A DNA stretch of 64,000 nt from Candidatus Levyibacteriota bacterium (GCA_003152105.1 PLZJ01000002.1:311761-375760), one strand, 5' to 3'. Positions 49,373 through 59,724 are shown, numbered from the stretch's first letter. The notes: a model not told the origin generated them from the letters alone. Made by a program: numbers and translations.

Positions 49373-50413
49373 TTGTTAATACACTTTATATATATGGCAG
49401 ATACAATGCTTGCAGTAGTTAAAACCGCTAAAGCTCCAGGAGTTACTCTTTCACAAATTCCACTTCCCAAAGCTGCAAAAAATGAAGTTCTCATAAAAGT
49501 AAAAGGTGCATCAATTTGTGGAACAGATATTAGTATTTATGACTGGACTCCTTGGGCTGATGGACACATAAAAAATGTTCCATTAGTAATTGGACATGAA
49601 GTTGTCGGAGAAATTATTGATATAAATACTTCTGAGAATACACATTTAAAAAAGGGAGATTTAGTATCTTCAGAAACACATATTTTTGATAATACTTGTT
49701 ACCAGTGTCTAATTAATAATAGACACATATGTGAACATATGGAACTTTTTGGTATAGGGAGAAATGGTGGATTTGCAGAGTATGCAACGATCCCTTTAAG
49801 AACTACCTGGAAAAATACCGCTAAAATTCCCATAGAAGCAATGAGTGCTCAGGAGCCATTGGGTAATGCTGTTCACGTGTGTGAGAAAGCAAATGTTGCA
49901 GGTAAAACAGTAGCAGTTTTTGGACTTGGGCCTGTTGGGCTTTGCGCAGTTGCTGTAGCAAAAGCATATGGTGCTAAGAAAGTTATCGGTATTAATCGAG
50001 GCGAATATAGAAGGAATTTGGCAATAAAAATGGGAGCAGATGAGGTGTATAGTGAATTACCAAAAGAATACATAAATAAATGCGAAGTGGTACTTGAAAT
50101 GTCGGGAAATTCTGAGGTAATTGGTCAATCATTAGGAGCAGCACGTATAGCAGGAACGATTGTATTTTTTGGTATACCAAAAAAAGAAGCAGTGATAGAT
50201 ATTGGGAAATATTTTATTAATAAAGAACTTACTGCAAAAAGTGTGTTTGGGAGAAAAATATGGCAAACGTGGTATCAAACATCAGATTTATTGGATGAGG
50301 GTAAAGTAGATTTGTCAAAAATAGTAACCCACAAATTTAAATTAGAGGAATTTGAAAAAGCAATGGAAATAATGAAAAGTGGCGAGTGTGGAAAAATTGT
50401 ATTAATTCCATAA
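49373..50413 (+). CDS. tdh: L-threonine 3-dehydrogenase (zinc-dependent MDR family)
   Basis: ...GASICGTDISIYDWTPWA...VPLVIGHEVVGEIIDI..., a GxGxxG Rossmann motif (VFGLGPVGL). Adjacent to kbl. Confidence 0.8.
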   Translation: MLIHFIYMADTMLAVVKTAKAPGVTLSQIPLPKAAKNEVLIKVKGASICGTDISIYDWTPWADGHIKNVPLVIGHEVVGEIIDINTSENTHLKKGDLVSSETHIFDNTCYQCLINNRHICEHMELFGIGRNGGFAEYATIPLRTTWKNTAKIPIEAMSAQEPLGNAVHVCEKANVAGKTVAVFGLGPVGLCAVAVAKAYGAKKVIGINRGEYRRNLAIKMGADEVYSELPKEYINKCEVVLEMSGNSEVIGQSLGAARIAGTIVFFGIPKKEAVIDIGKYFINKELTAKSVFGRKIWQTWYQTSDLLDEGKVDLSKIVTHKFKLEEFEKAMEIMKSGECGKIVLIP

Positions 50414-50430
50414 TAGCTTTGTAAATATTT

Positions 50431-51627
50431 ATGACAAAAGACGCTTTTTATACGGAAATAGCTCAACTTGCAAAACTTGCAAATGAACCTCGAATAATAG
50501 GCTCTTCAGAAGGTGCATATCTGACTATTAATGGGAAGAAGGTATTAAACTTTTGCTCAAGTCACTATTTAGGATTTGCAACTGATGAGCGAATAATCAA
50601 AGCTGTACAACTTGCAGTAAAAGAGTATGGTATTGGTACTGGGTATAGGACACTTGCAGGTACTCATTTGCTTCACGTTGAGCTTGAGAAATCATTAGCA
50701 CGTTTCAAAAATGCCGAAGATGCCATAGTGCTTACTGGAGGATATATGGCAAATTTGACCGCGGTACAAACGATAATTGGAAAAGAAGACATAGTTATTT
50801 CAGATGCATTAAATCATGCTTCAATAATTGATGCTGTAAGGTTAAGCGGTGTAAAAAATAAACTAATTTATAAGCACTTAGACACTAATGATTTAGAAGA
50901 AAAATTGAAGGAAGCAAAGATAATCGCGCAAACGAAACGATCTGACGGAAAATTTCCACTTATATTAATTATTACTGATGGTGTATTCTCCATGGATGGT
51001 GATTTAGCCCCTCTCCCAGAAATAGTTAGTCTTGCAAATAAATATGAAGCACTAACTATGGTAGATGATGCACATGGTGAGGGGGTACTCGGAAAAGGTG
51101 GGAGAGGTATTGTAGATCATTTTAATCTCCATGGACAGGTTGATATAGAAGTCGGAACTCTTTCAAAGGCATTTTCAGTGATGGGTGGTTTTATCACTGC
51201 TAAAAAAGATTTAATAAAGGTATTTAAGCAAAAATCTCGTCAATTTCTATTTTCTAATGCTCTTACCATAGCAGATACTGCAGCCAATTTCGAAGCAGTT
51301 AAAATTCTTGAAGAATCCGATCAGCACGTGGTGAAACTTTGGGATAATACAAAATACCTAAAAGCGCAATTTAAACAGCTTGGTTTTGATATTGGTCAAA
51401 GCAAATCTCCTATTACCCCAATAATGCTAGGAGATGAACAACTTTCTAAAGAGTTTAGCGCAAAACTATTTGAATACGGAGTATTCGCAACGCCAATAGT
51501 ATTTCCAATGGTAGCTAAAGACGCTTCTCGAATAAGAGTAATTCCATCAGCTTCACATAGTAAAAATGATATAGATTTTGGTGTCTCACAATTTGAAAAA
51601 GTTGCAAAGGAGCTTAAGGTACTTTAA
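50431..51627 (+). CDS. kbl: 2-amino-3-ketobutyrate CoA ligase (glycine C-acetyltransferase); PLP-dependent
   Basis: ...[10 protein letters not shown]..., ...LTGGYMANL..., ...D.AHG.GV.G..GRG..., ...[13 protein letters not shown] (PLP-Lys). Pairing with tdh indicates a Thr-to-Gly pathway. Confidence 0.8.
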   Translation: MTKDAFYTEIAQLAKLANEPRIIGSSEGAYLTINGKKVLNFCSSHYLGFATDERIIKAVQLAVKEYGIGTGYRTLAGTHLLHVELEKSLARFKNAEDAIVLTGGYMANLTAVQTIIGKEDIVISDALNHASIIDAVRLSGVKNKLIYKHLDTNDLEEKLKEAKIIAQTKRSDGKFPLILIITDGVFSMDGDLAPLPEIVSLANKYEALTMVDDAHGEGVLGKGGRGIVDHFNLHGQVDIEVGTLSKAFSVMGGFITAKKDLIKVFKQKSRQFLFSNALTIADTAANFEAVKILEESDQHVVKLWDNTKYLKAQFKQLGFDIGQSKSPITPIMLGDEQLSKEFSAKLFEYGVFATPIVFPMVAKDASRIRVIPSASHSKNDIDFGVSQFEKVAKELKVL

Positions 51628-51690
51628 TTACTCCACTTTTATCATTCCCAAAGAGATTAGTGCTTGAAAATTAAAAATTAGAAAACTACA

Positions 51691-53220
51691 ATGAGAACTA
51701 TGTTTTGGGCAGATACTATAGCAATTGAACTGAAAAAAAGAAAGCTTCCTTTGGAGTGGGTTGATGATATGAAAACCCCTTCTGGAAAGATACATGTTGG
51801 CGCACTCCGAGGTGTGGTTGTCCACGACTTGGTCTATAAAGCGTTGCGAGATAGTGGGGTTAAGGCAACGTATACATATATTTTTGATGATCATGATCCA
51901 ATGGATGGTCTGCCTGTTTATTTACCAAAGGAATACGAAAAATATTTAGGCCTACCTCTTTTTAAAATTCCCTCTCCGGAAAAAGGATATAAAAGTTATG
52001 CAGAGTATTATGCAAAGGATTTTGAGAAGGTTTTTAACGATATAGGTTGTTTCCCAGAAATTAGTTGGGCAAGTCAGATGTATCTAAGTGGAAAGATGAA
52101 CGGCGTCATAAAAGAATGCTTAGATGCTGCCACAAAGATTAGAGAAATTTACGAAGACATTTATAAAAAAGAGGTAAGTAAAACTTGGTATCCTTTTAAA
52201 ATTTGTTGTCCGAAATGTGGCAAAATTGCAACTACCGATATTGACAATTGGAATGGGGAAACAGTACATGTAATATGTAGAGATTTAACATGGACAAAGG
52301 GATGTGGTTTTGAAGGCAACCTTACTCCGTTTAGCAACAAAAATCATTTCGCAGGAAAATTGCCTTGGAAAGTGGAATGGGCAGCAAAATGGAAAGTGAT
52401 AGGAGTTACCGTTGAAGGTGCAGGAAAAGATCATATGAGTAAAGGTGGATCACATGATCTTGCTTCGCTCATTTCAGAAAAAGTTCTAGCATATCCAGTT
52501 CCTTATCCAGTTTTTTACGAATGGTTTTTGATTGGAGGACGGAAAATGTCAACTTCAAAAGGAGTTGGAGTGACTGCTTCGGAAATGACAGAGATATTGC
52601 CACCAGAATTATTAAGATTTTTAATGGTTAAAACTAAAAAAGAACAACAGATTAATTTTGATCCGTCTGGTGAAACTATCCCATCATTATTTGACGCGTA
52701 CCAAGAGGCAGCAGAAGCATATTTTACAAAATCTAATTCAGATCTTGCTCGTATTTTTGAATTGTCCCAAGTTAACGATATTAAAAAACCACCAATGGTT
52801 CGTTTCTCACAACTTGCACAATGGGTGCAGTCTCCCAATATGCATGAAATGATTAAGAAAGAGAAAGCAGATGAATGGATACCTTATGTCAAAATATGGC
52901 TTGAACGTTTTGCGCCTGATGAAGTCAAATTTTCAGTGTTAGATAAGTCTCCAGATGTAAAAGTAAAATTAACCGAAGGACAAATACAATTCTTAAAAAA
53001 AATTCTTCTTGAATTGGAACATAAATGGGAACCGGAGGAATTACAGCAAATGCTCTTTGATTGGGCAAAAGAAAATAATATTTCTTCAAAAGATGGATTT
53101 AGTGCAATATATCTTTCATTAATTGGAAAAAGTTATGGCCCAAAAGCTGGTTGGTTGCTTTTAGAAAACAGTACAGTGGCAAAAAGTCGTTTTAAGGAAA
53201 TAATTGATATATCTGAATAA
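51691..53220 (+). CDS. lysK: lysine--tRNA ligase, class I (archaeal/LysK type)
   Basis: MFWADTIA...TPSGKIHVGALRG (HIGH-like), a zinc knuckle ICCPKCGK, KMSTSKG (KMSKS). About 510 aa. Collinear with class I LysRS (HWADY...TPSG.VHVGN.R). Confidence 0.8.
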   Translation: MRTMFWADTIAIELKKRKLPLEWVDDMKTPSGKIHVGALRGVVVHDLVYKALRDSGVKATYTYIFDDHDPMDGLPVYLPKEYEKYLGLPLFKIPSPEKGYKSYAEYYAKDFEKVFNDIGCFPEISWASQMYLSGKMNGVIKECLDAATKIREIYEDIYKKEVSKTWYPFKICCPKCGKIATTDIDNWNGETVHVICRDLTWTKGCGFEGNLTPFSNKNHFAGKLPWKVEWAAKWKVIGVTVEGAGKDHMSKGGSHDLASLISEKVLAYPVPYPVFYEWFLIGGRKMSTSKGVGVTASEMTEILPPELLRFLMVKTKKEQQINFDPSGETIPSLFDAYQEAAEAYFTKSNSDLARIFELSQVNDIKKPPMVRFSQLAQWVQSPNMHEMIKKEKADEWIPYVKIWLERFAPDEVKFSVLDKSPDVKVKLTEGQIQFLKKILLELEHKWEPEELQQMLFDWAKENNISSKDGFSAIYLSLIGKSYGPKAGWLLLENSTVAKSRFKEIIDISE

Positions 53221-53273
53221 ATTGCCCAGTCTTTTGGTAAAGAGTATAATCACAAATAGGATTATTTACTAAC

Positions 53274-54530
53274 ATGCTAGATATCTCATACATAAAAGAT
53301 AATACAGAAAAAGTAATAAAAGGCATTGAAAGCAAAAATGCCTCTGTTGACGTACATAAGATAATAGAACTCGATAATGCATTTCGAGAACTTTCAGTTG
53401 ATTTGCAAAGACTCAGAGAAAAAAGAAATACGAACACATCTGCAATTTCTGGTAAGCCTACCCAAGAACAGATTGATCAAGGCAAAAGCATAAAAGAGGC
53501 AATTGAAAAGATAGAATCTGCTCTCGAGAAAATAAAAAACGATCGAGATACGTTGCTTTTACAAGTTCCGAATATTCCAAAAGCGGATGTAAAAATTGGG
53601 AAAAATGAAGACGAAAACGAAATTGTTAAAACAGTAGGTAAGCCTACTATTTTTTCTTTTACGCCAAAAGACCATGTTGAGATCGGAAAATCGCTTGATA
53701 TTATAGATATTGAACGAGCCGCCAAAGTTTCAGGACCTCGATTCGGTTATTTAAAAAATGAAGGAGTGCTTTTAGAGTTTGCATTGAAAAGATTAGCTTT
53801 CGACACGCTGTTAAAAGAAGGATTTACTCCATTATTGCCACCAGTTCTAATTAAAGAAGAAATAATGAAAGGGCTTGGATACATGGAAAATGGTGAAGAT
53901 GAAAATATGTATATTTTAGACAAAGATAACATTGTTTTAGTTGGAACTGCTGAGCAGTCAATGGTGCCTTTTCATATGAACGAGGTGCTAAAAGAGTCAG
54001 ATTTACCCAAGCGATATGTGGGATTTTCAACTTCATTTAGAAGAGAAGCTGGTAGTTATGGCAAAGATACAAAAGGAATATTTAGAGTACATCAATTTGA
54101 TAAAGTAGAAATGGTATCTTTTGTAAAAGAAGGAGAAGATGACAAAGAACAAGAATATCTTCTTTCTCTTGAAGAGCAGTTTTTCAATTTACTAGAAATT
54201 CCTTATCAAGTGGTAAAAATGTGCACTGGCGACTTAGGATTCCCTGCAGCTAGGAAATATGACTTAGAAGCATGGATGCCCTCCCAAAATAAATACAGAG
54301 AAGTAACATCAGTTTCTACTGTTACAGATTTTCAATCTCGAAGGCTCAATATTAAATACCAAGTTGGTAACGAAAAGAAGTTTGTTAGCATATTAAATGG
54401 TACTGCATATTCAATGAACAGGCCAATCATTGCTATTTTAGAAAACAATCAACAGGCAGATGGCTCTGTTCATATTCCTAAAATTTTACAGCCTTATATA
54501 GGCAAAGAAAAAATTTCTATTAAACAATAA
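53274..54530 (+). CDS. serS: serine--tRNA ligase
   Basis: N-terminal coiled coil, then ...FRREAGSYGKDTKGIFRVHQFDKVE... (class II motifs 2 and 3). Confidence 0.9.
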   Translation: MLDISYIKDNTEKVIKGIESKNASVDVHKIIELDNAFRELSVDLQRLREKRNTNTSAISGKPTQEQIDQGKSIKEAIEKIESALEKIKNDRDTLLLQVPNIPKADVKIGKNEDENEIVKTVGKPTIFSFTPKDHVEIGKSLDIIDIERAAKVSGPRFGYLKNEGVLLEFALKRLAFDTLLKEGFTPLLPPVLIKEEIMKGLGYMENGEDENMYILDKDNIVLVGTAEQSMVPFHMNEVLKESDLPKRYVGFSTSFRREAGSYGKDTKGIFRVHQFDKVEMVSFVKEGEDDKEQEYLLSLEEQFFNLLEIPYQVVKMCTGDLGFPAARKYDLEAWMPSQNKYREVTSVSTVTDFQSRRLNIKYQVGNEKKFVSILNGTAYSMNRPIIAILENNQQADGSVHIPKILQPYIGKEKISIKQ

Positions 54531-54591
54531 ACTCCCTAAAATTATTAGCAAGACTATATTTCGAGGCTATTTTGTGATAAAATAAAGCAAC

Positions 54592-57306
54592 ATGATTCCA
54601 ATAATTTCTAAATTTTTTGATTCTAACGACAAAGAAGTGACCAAGCTTTTTCCTCTTATTGAAGAAATTAATTTACTTGAAGAAAAAACTAAAAAACTAA
54701 AAGACACAGATTTTCCAAAAAAGACAAATGAATTTAAAAAAAGAATTCAAGATGGAGAATCATTGGATGCAATACTTCCTGAAGCATTTGCACTCGTTAG
54801 AGAAGCAGCAAGAAGAACTACTGGTTTGCGTCATTTTGATGTGCAACTAATGGCAGCAGTGGCTTTATCAAGAGGTAAGATTGCAGAACAAAAAACTGGT
54901 GAAGGAAAAACATTATCAGCTGTGCCTGCATTATATCTCAATGCACTAAGTGGAAATTCTGTGCATTTGGTTACTGTTAACGATTATCTTGCTCGTCGAG
55001 ATGCGGGTTGGATGGGGCCAATTTTCAGTCTTTTGGGTATGAGCGTATCATCAATAATTGCCGAACAATCTTTTGTCTTTGACCCAAATTTTATTGACGA
55101 AAATGCACATGATGTCAGATTAACTCATCTGCGTCCGATAACAAGAAAAGAAGCATACAAGTGTGAGGTTGTATATGGTATAAATTCGGAATTTGGATTT
55201 GATTATCTCAGAGACAATATGGCCCAAGATCAAGAACAAATATCTCAAACAGGACATTTTTTTGCAGTTGTTGATGAAGTAGATTCAGTTCTGATAGATG
55301 AAGCAAGAACACCCCATATTATTTCTGCTCCGGATGCACAACCTACTCAAAAGTATTATGAATACGCCAGTTTAGTTGATAAATTAAGTTCTGAAACTGA
55401 TTATAAGATTGATGAAAAAATGCGTACTGCTCATTTGACCGATCATGGCATAGGCAAAGTTGAAAAGATTTTTGGTATAAAAGATATTTATGAAAAAGAT
55501 TTCGATACAGTTTACCATCTAGAAGCTGCTCTTAAGGCAAGGACGTTGTATCAAAAAGAAAAAGATTACATTGTAAAAGACAATCAAGTTATTTTAGTTG
55601 ATGAATTTACTGGTCGTCTCATGCAAGGGAGAAGGCTTTCTGAGGGACTTCACCAAGCATTAGAAGCAAAAGAAAATGTTCCTATACAGCGAGAGTCAAA
55701 AACACTAGCAACGGTATCGTTACAGAACTACTTTAGAATGTACGAAAAATTAGCTGGTATGACAGGTACTGCAGCAACAGAAGCTGAAGAATTCCATAAA
55801 ATATATGGAATTGACGTAATTACGATTCCAACTAACAACCCGATGAAACGCATTGATCATGCAGATGTGGTATATAAAACTACTCGAGCTAAATACTCGG
55901 CTGTTGCTCAAGACATTGAGGATGCATATAAAAAAGGACAACCAGTACTGGTTGGTACGACCTCAATTGATAAAAACGAGATTATCTCACAGCTCTTAAT
56001 AAGAAAGAAGATTCCTCATGAGGTATTAAATGCAAAAAATCATGAAAGAGAAGCTGAAATAATTTCAAAAGCTGGACAAATTGGAGCAGTTACTGTTGCA
56101 ACAAATATGGCAGGACGTGGAGTAGATATTATTTTGGGTGGAGAGCCGCCTACATCTGACGATGCTCCTGCAATGAAAAAATGGGAAAAAGAGCACGAGA
56201 AGGTTATTGATCTTGGTGGTTTATATGTTATTGGAACTGAACGACATGAGTCAAGAAGAATTGATAATCAGCTACGAGGCCGATCAGGAAGACAAGGAGA
56301 TCCTGGAGCATCAAGATTTTTTGTCGCTTTGGATGATGAGATAATGCGACTTTTTGGAGGAGATAAGATCGCGGGAATAATGAGTAAGTTTAATATGCCA
56401 GAAGATACGCCTCTATCTCATGGATTAGTTTCACGAGCAATAGAGCAAGCGCAAAGTAAGGTTGAGGGATTCTATTTCCAAAATAGAAAAAATACCGTTG
56501 AATACGATGACGTTTTAAATAAGCAAAGGGAAATAATTTATGGCAGACGGAGAGAAATACTAAAAGCTGGTGCAAACACTAAAGATACGATTTTAAAGGA
56601 TCAAATTAAGGAAAAGATTCAATTAAGTATTCGAGATATTGTAACTGCTGAAGCTCAAGCTGAGTTATTGCCAAGCGGAATTGAAAATGAATCTCGGCTT
56701 CTTAATATAAATGAACGTATTGTTGCACAACTTGTAACAATCATTAATTTTGATGAAGCTTCTCAAAAACAAATTTATACACAGTTAGAGCAACTTCATG
56801 GACAAGAAGAAAAAATAGATTTTTTAGTAAAGCTTTCGTCTGATCTATATGATAAACGTGAGGTTGAAGTCGGCTCAGAATTAATGCGATTTGTCGAAAA
56901 AGCAGTAATGTTGGAAGTTAGTGATAGATTATGGATGGATAATTTAGATGCTATGGAACATTTACGACAAGGAATTGGACTTAGGGGTTATGGGCAAAGA
57001 GATCCATTAGTTGAATATAAGAATGAAGGCTTTAGAATGTTTGAAAAACTTATAAGAACAATTGATGATGAATTAGTGCATAGAATATATCGAGTACAAA
57101 TTCAAAATCAGCCACTTGAGCAAAAAAATACTAATCAAAATAACATTGAACTAAATAGGCCTCAAAGCGAGATAAGTCAAAGCGGAAGAATTGCAAAACC
57201 GAAAGTTGCTAAGCCTATAAATGAAAATAAACTAGGTAGAAATGATCTTTGTTGGTGTGGTAGTGGGAAGAAATGGAAAAAATGCCACTGGCCTCAATTA
57301 GCTTGA
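54592..57306 (+). CDS. secA: preprotein translocase ATPase SecA
   Basis: ...LHDVQLMAAVALSRGKIAEQKTGEGKTL..., DEVDS.LIDEARTP.IIS, and the C-terminal zinc finger CWCGSGKKWKKCH. Confidence 0.95.
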   Translation: MIPIISKFFDSNDKEVTKLFPLIEEINLLEEKTKKLKDTDFPKKTNEFKKRIQDGESLDAILPEAFALVREAARRTTGLRHFDVQLMAAVALSRGKIAEQKTGEGKTLSAVPALYLNALSGNSVHLVTVNDYLARRDAGWMGPIFSLLGMSVSSIIAEQSFVFDPNFIDENAHDVRLTHLRPITRKEAYKCEVVYGINSEFGFDYLRDNMAQDQEQISQTGHFFAVVDEVDSVLIDEARTPHIISAPDAQPTQKYYEYASLVDKLSSETDYKIDEKMRTAHLTDHGIGKVEKIFGIKDIYEKDFDTVYHLEAALKARTLYQKEKDYIVKDNQVILVDEFTGRLMQGRRLSEGLHQALEAKENVPIQRESKTLATVSLQNYFRMYEKLAGMTGTAATEAEEFHKIYGIDVITIPTNNPMKRIDHADVVYKTTRAKYSAVAQDIEDAYKKGQPVLVGTTSIDKNEIISQLLIRKKIPHEVLNAKNHEREAEIISKAGQIGAVTVATNMAGRGVDIILGGEPPTSDDAPAMKKWEKEHEKVIDLGGLYVIGTERHESRRIDNQLRGRSGRQGDPGASRFFVALDDEIMRLFGGDKIAGIMSKFNMPEDTPLSHGLVSRAIEQAQSKVEGFYFQNRKNTVEYDDVLNKQREIIYGRRREILKAGANTKDTILKDQIKEKIQLSIRDIVTAEAQAELLPSGIENESRLLNINERIVAQLVTIINFDEASQKQIYTQLEQLHGQEEKIDFLVKLSSDLYDKREVEVGSELMRFVEKAVMLEVSDRLWMDNLDAMEHLRQGIGLRGYGQRDPLVEYKNEGFRMFEKLIRTIDDELVHRIYRVQIQNQPLEQKNTNQNNIELNRPQSEISQSGRIAKPKVAKPINENKLGRNDLCWCGSGKKWKKCHWPQLA
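57277..57302 (+). repeat. copy 1 of a 26-bp imperfect direct repeat (last 26 nt of secA: aaaaaatgccactggcctcaattagc). Copy 2 lies at 59467-59492
   Basis: 24 of 26 nt identical between the copies. They bracket the GC-rich TetR+SDR segment. Confidence 0.7.
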
Positions 57307-57385
57307 TTTAACAGACTAAAATAATATTATTGGAGTAATAAATATCAGTATATTAAATATAGTCAAATTATACCATAATAATGGA

Positions 57386-58069
57386 CTAAATGTGCTTGCC
57401 AAGAATCAGGGGCTCATAGCTTCGAGCGTCTTGTAGCAACTGTTCACGTGCAATACCGGCCTTAGCGCGAATTTTCAAACCCTGCACTAGGTCAACGAGC
57501 GCACGACTTCGCACCTTGGCAGAAGGTGTTCGAGTCAGACGACCTGCCTTTATCTCCTTTTCGAAACGTATCGCGAAAATATCAGCAGATTCATTGAGGG
57601 CTTTTGCGACAAATATACGTATCTCCGTTACACGCTCCGACTGTCCCAGCGTAGCGGAAAGCATCAGGCAACCGGCACGACCCTCACTCGAAGCGGTGTT
57701 GACAGTAGCCTCACAAAGGGCCGCTACAGCCTTATGGATATCCGGCTCCGCTCGAAAATCTGCCAGCATGGCTGCTCCATACGTTATTGCATAGCGCTCA
57801 ACCGCCTTGAGTAGTAGGGTTGACTTGTTTCCGAAGGCTCGGTAAATCGCGGGTTTGGTGACATTCACAGCCCGTGCGATCCGATTTACGTCAACTCCTT
57901 CATACCCATGTTCCCAAAACATCTCAACGGCACGATCGAGGGCTTCGTCAGGGATAAAGCTTTTTGGACGTCCTGGTGTTCGGTTTGTTGTATTAGTTAC
58001 CATAGAGTATGAAATTGGTCCTTGCATTACACTTTTTATTATTATACTCTTGAGTATGTAATACATCAA
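57386..58069 (-). CDS. TetR/AcrR family transcriptional regulator (GC-rich, foreign-looking composition)
   Basis: An N-terminal HTH ...LDRAVEMFWEHGYEGVDVNRIARAVNVTKPAIYRAFGNKSTLL... and an all-alpha C-terminal domain. Codon usage is GC3-rich, unlike the flanking genes. Confidence 0.8.
   Translation of the reverse strand: MMYYILKSIIIKSVMQGPISYSMVTNTTNRTPGRPKSFIPDEALDRAVEMFWEHGYEGVDVNRIARAVNVTKPAIYRAFGNKSTLLLKAVERYAITYGAAMLADFRAEPDIHKAVAALCEATVNTASSEGRAGCLMLSATLGQSERVTEIRIFVAKALNESADIFAIRFEKEIKAGRLTRTPSAKVRSRALVDLVQGLKIRAKAGIAREQLLQDARSYEPLILGKHI
58044..58057. promoter_or_regulatory. palindrome ATACTC-TT-GAGTAT overlapping a TATACT -10-like box in the 23-bp tetR/SDR divergent junction. Candidate TetR operator
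   Basis: A 6-2-6 perfect inverted repeat inside the AT-rich divergent promoter region between the tetR start (58069) and the SDR start (58093). Confidence 0.3.
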
Positions 58070-58092
58070 GTCAGTTAAACAAAGGAGACTAT

Positions 58093-59097
58093 ATGGATAC
58101 GATCAAAGAAAAAACAAGTCGACCCTCACTTTCTACAATGAAGAAATCTATCAAACATTCGATCGCACTCATCACCGGTGCCACCTCAGGGGTCGGTTAT
58201 GCGGCTGGCCGCATGCTCGCCATCGAGGGCTACCGTCAGATCATCGTTACCGGACGCAGTCTGGCCCAGATTCAAGAAACGGCCGCTCAGCTCGCGGCTG
58301 AGACCAAGATACAGGTCTTCACGCCGCTGGAACTGGAGCTGGATAGTGTATCCAGCGTTCAGTCCTTCCTCGCCGAGCACGTCAAGCGAGGTCAGCCGGT
58401 CGACTTCCTACTGCTCAATGCAGGAATCATGGGACGTAAGGAACTCAAGCTCACTGCGGCAGGAATAGAGATGTCTTCGGCTCCGCTCATCGGCCATCAT
58501 CAACTGACTGTCGGGTTGCTCCGCGCCAAGCTGTTGAGCCCGAATGCTCGAATTGTTATTGCCAGCTCGGAAGCTGCCCGAGGTGATGTACCCCTGTTCA
58601 GCTACACCGATGTAGCGGCCTTCGCGGCCAAATACTTCCAGGGTGACCGAACCGCTGCTGTGGAAGCCTTGTTGCATAGCGGACCGAATGTAAAATATCA
58701 GCCCAACCGGGCGTTCGCAGATGCGAAACTAATCGGTACTTTGTGGGTAGCTGCACTGGCTCGCCGGCTGCCCTCCGGCATGGCGATATATGCCGTTTCG
58801 CCTGGTGCCGCGCCTGCCACCAATGCGGTGCGAAACGCAGGTCTCCTTACGAGATTGGTGCTGATTCCACTGACGAAGCTTATCCCCGGCATGTCTCATA
58901 CTCCTGAGACCGCGGCCCGTCGGTATCTCAATGCATCGGAATTCGGAACCGACGTTTCGGGTCAATTCTTCGCATCGCCGCCCAAGAAGTTAACCGGCCC
59001 AATCGAGGCAATGCGCCAACCACACTTTCACGATCGAGCCAACCAGGAAGCCGCGTGGCAGGCCGTCGTCAAGGTTACGGGCGTCGATTTGTCTTAA
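58093..59097 (+). CDS. short-chain dehydrogenase/reductase (SDR) family oxidoreductase (GC-rich)
   Basis: ...IALITGATSGVGYAAGRML... (TGxxxGxG), ...LLLNAGIM... (NAG), and AAGGAG Shine-Dalgarno before ATG 58093. Divergent from the TetR gene. Confidence 0.8.
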   Translation: MDTIKEKTSRPSLSTMKKSIKHSIALITGATSGVGYAAGRMLAIEGYRQIIVTGRSLAQIQETAAQLAAETKIQVFTPLELELDSVSSVQSFLAEHVKRGQPVDFLLLNAGIMGRKELKLTAAGIEMSSAPLIGHHQLTVGLLRAKLLSPNARIVIASSEAARGDVPLFSYTDVAAFAAKYFQGDRTAAVEALLHSGPNVKYQPNRAFADAKLIGTLWVAALARRLPSGMAIYAVSPGAAPATNAVRNAGLLTRLVLIPLTKLIPGMSHTPETAARRYLNASEFGTDVSGQFFASPPKKLTGPIEAMRQPHFHDRANQEAAWQAVVKVTGVDLS

Positions 59098-59466
59098 CCA
59101 GCATCCTTGAGAGCGGTGTTCTGAAATTCTGAAATTAAATCACTGGTTTCTTTACGTATCCCAGCTTGTTGCTGTCTATTTTGCTCTATAGTTTACCCAA
59201 GTGGGCTTAATTAGTTGTGTTGAAACTAATGATCCAATTGGCGGCAAATTTTTGACGAGCTTTTCAATTAGCTAGGACACTCAAGTTCAGTATTATATAC
59301 TATAAGACTGTTAATGAGCCTGTAAGTCATGACTTATCAGTGTCTCATTTGTCTCACTAAGCCTGTATAAGAGACATCGCTATAATGATAATATGGGTTT
59401 AGACCGCTATACTCAGGGATTGCGGATTCGGCCGAAGCTATTTGGTACCTATTTAAATGACAGTTC

Positions 59467-59492
59467 AAAAAATGTCATTGGCCTCAATTAGC
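59467..59492 (+). repeat. copy 2 of the secA-terminus direct repeat (aaaaaatgtcattggcctcaattagc)
   Basis: See copy 1. It lies about 370 bp after the SDR stop and just before an AT-rich spacer. Confidence 0.7.
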
Positions 59493-59724
59493 CTAACTTT
59501 ACTTTTATACAATTATTGCCTTAATTACTATTTATGATTTTTTCCAAAAGAAAAAACCACCCTTTATTATTATCCGCTTACGCGGTCCCAAGAAGGGAAG
59601 GATGGTTTAGATATTCAATTGTAGATTTGTGCAGCCGAAGCTGGATTGATAACGGGATCATCCGTCTTGGTCGTCGAATTGACGCTCAAGCCCCATGGAG
59701 ACCATGAGTTTATGTGATATTCAG

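Noticed and set aside
59364-59376. Tn5/IS50 mosaic-end-like 13-mer as evidence of a transposon boundary.
   Set aside because: No inverted partner end, no flanking 9-bp target duplication and no transposase gene were found. It is kept only as a low-interest observation, and a possible adapter artefact, rather than called as a mobile element.
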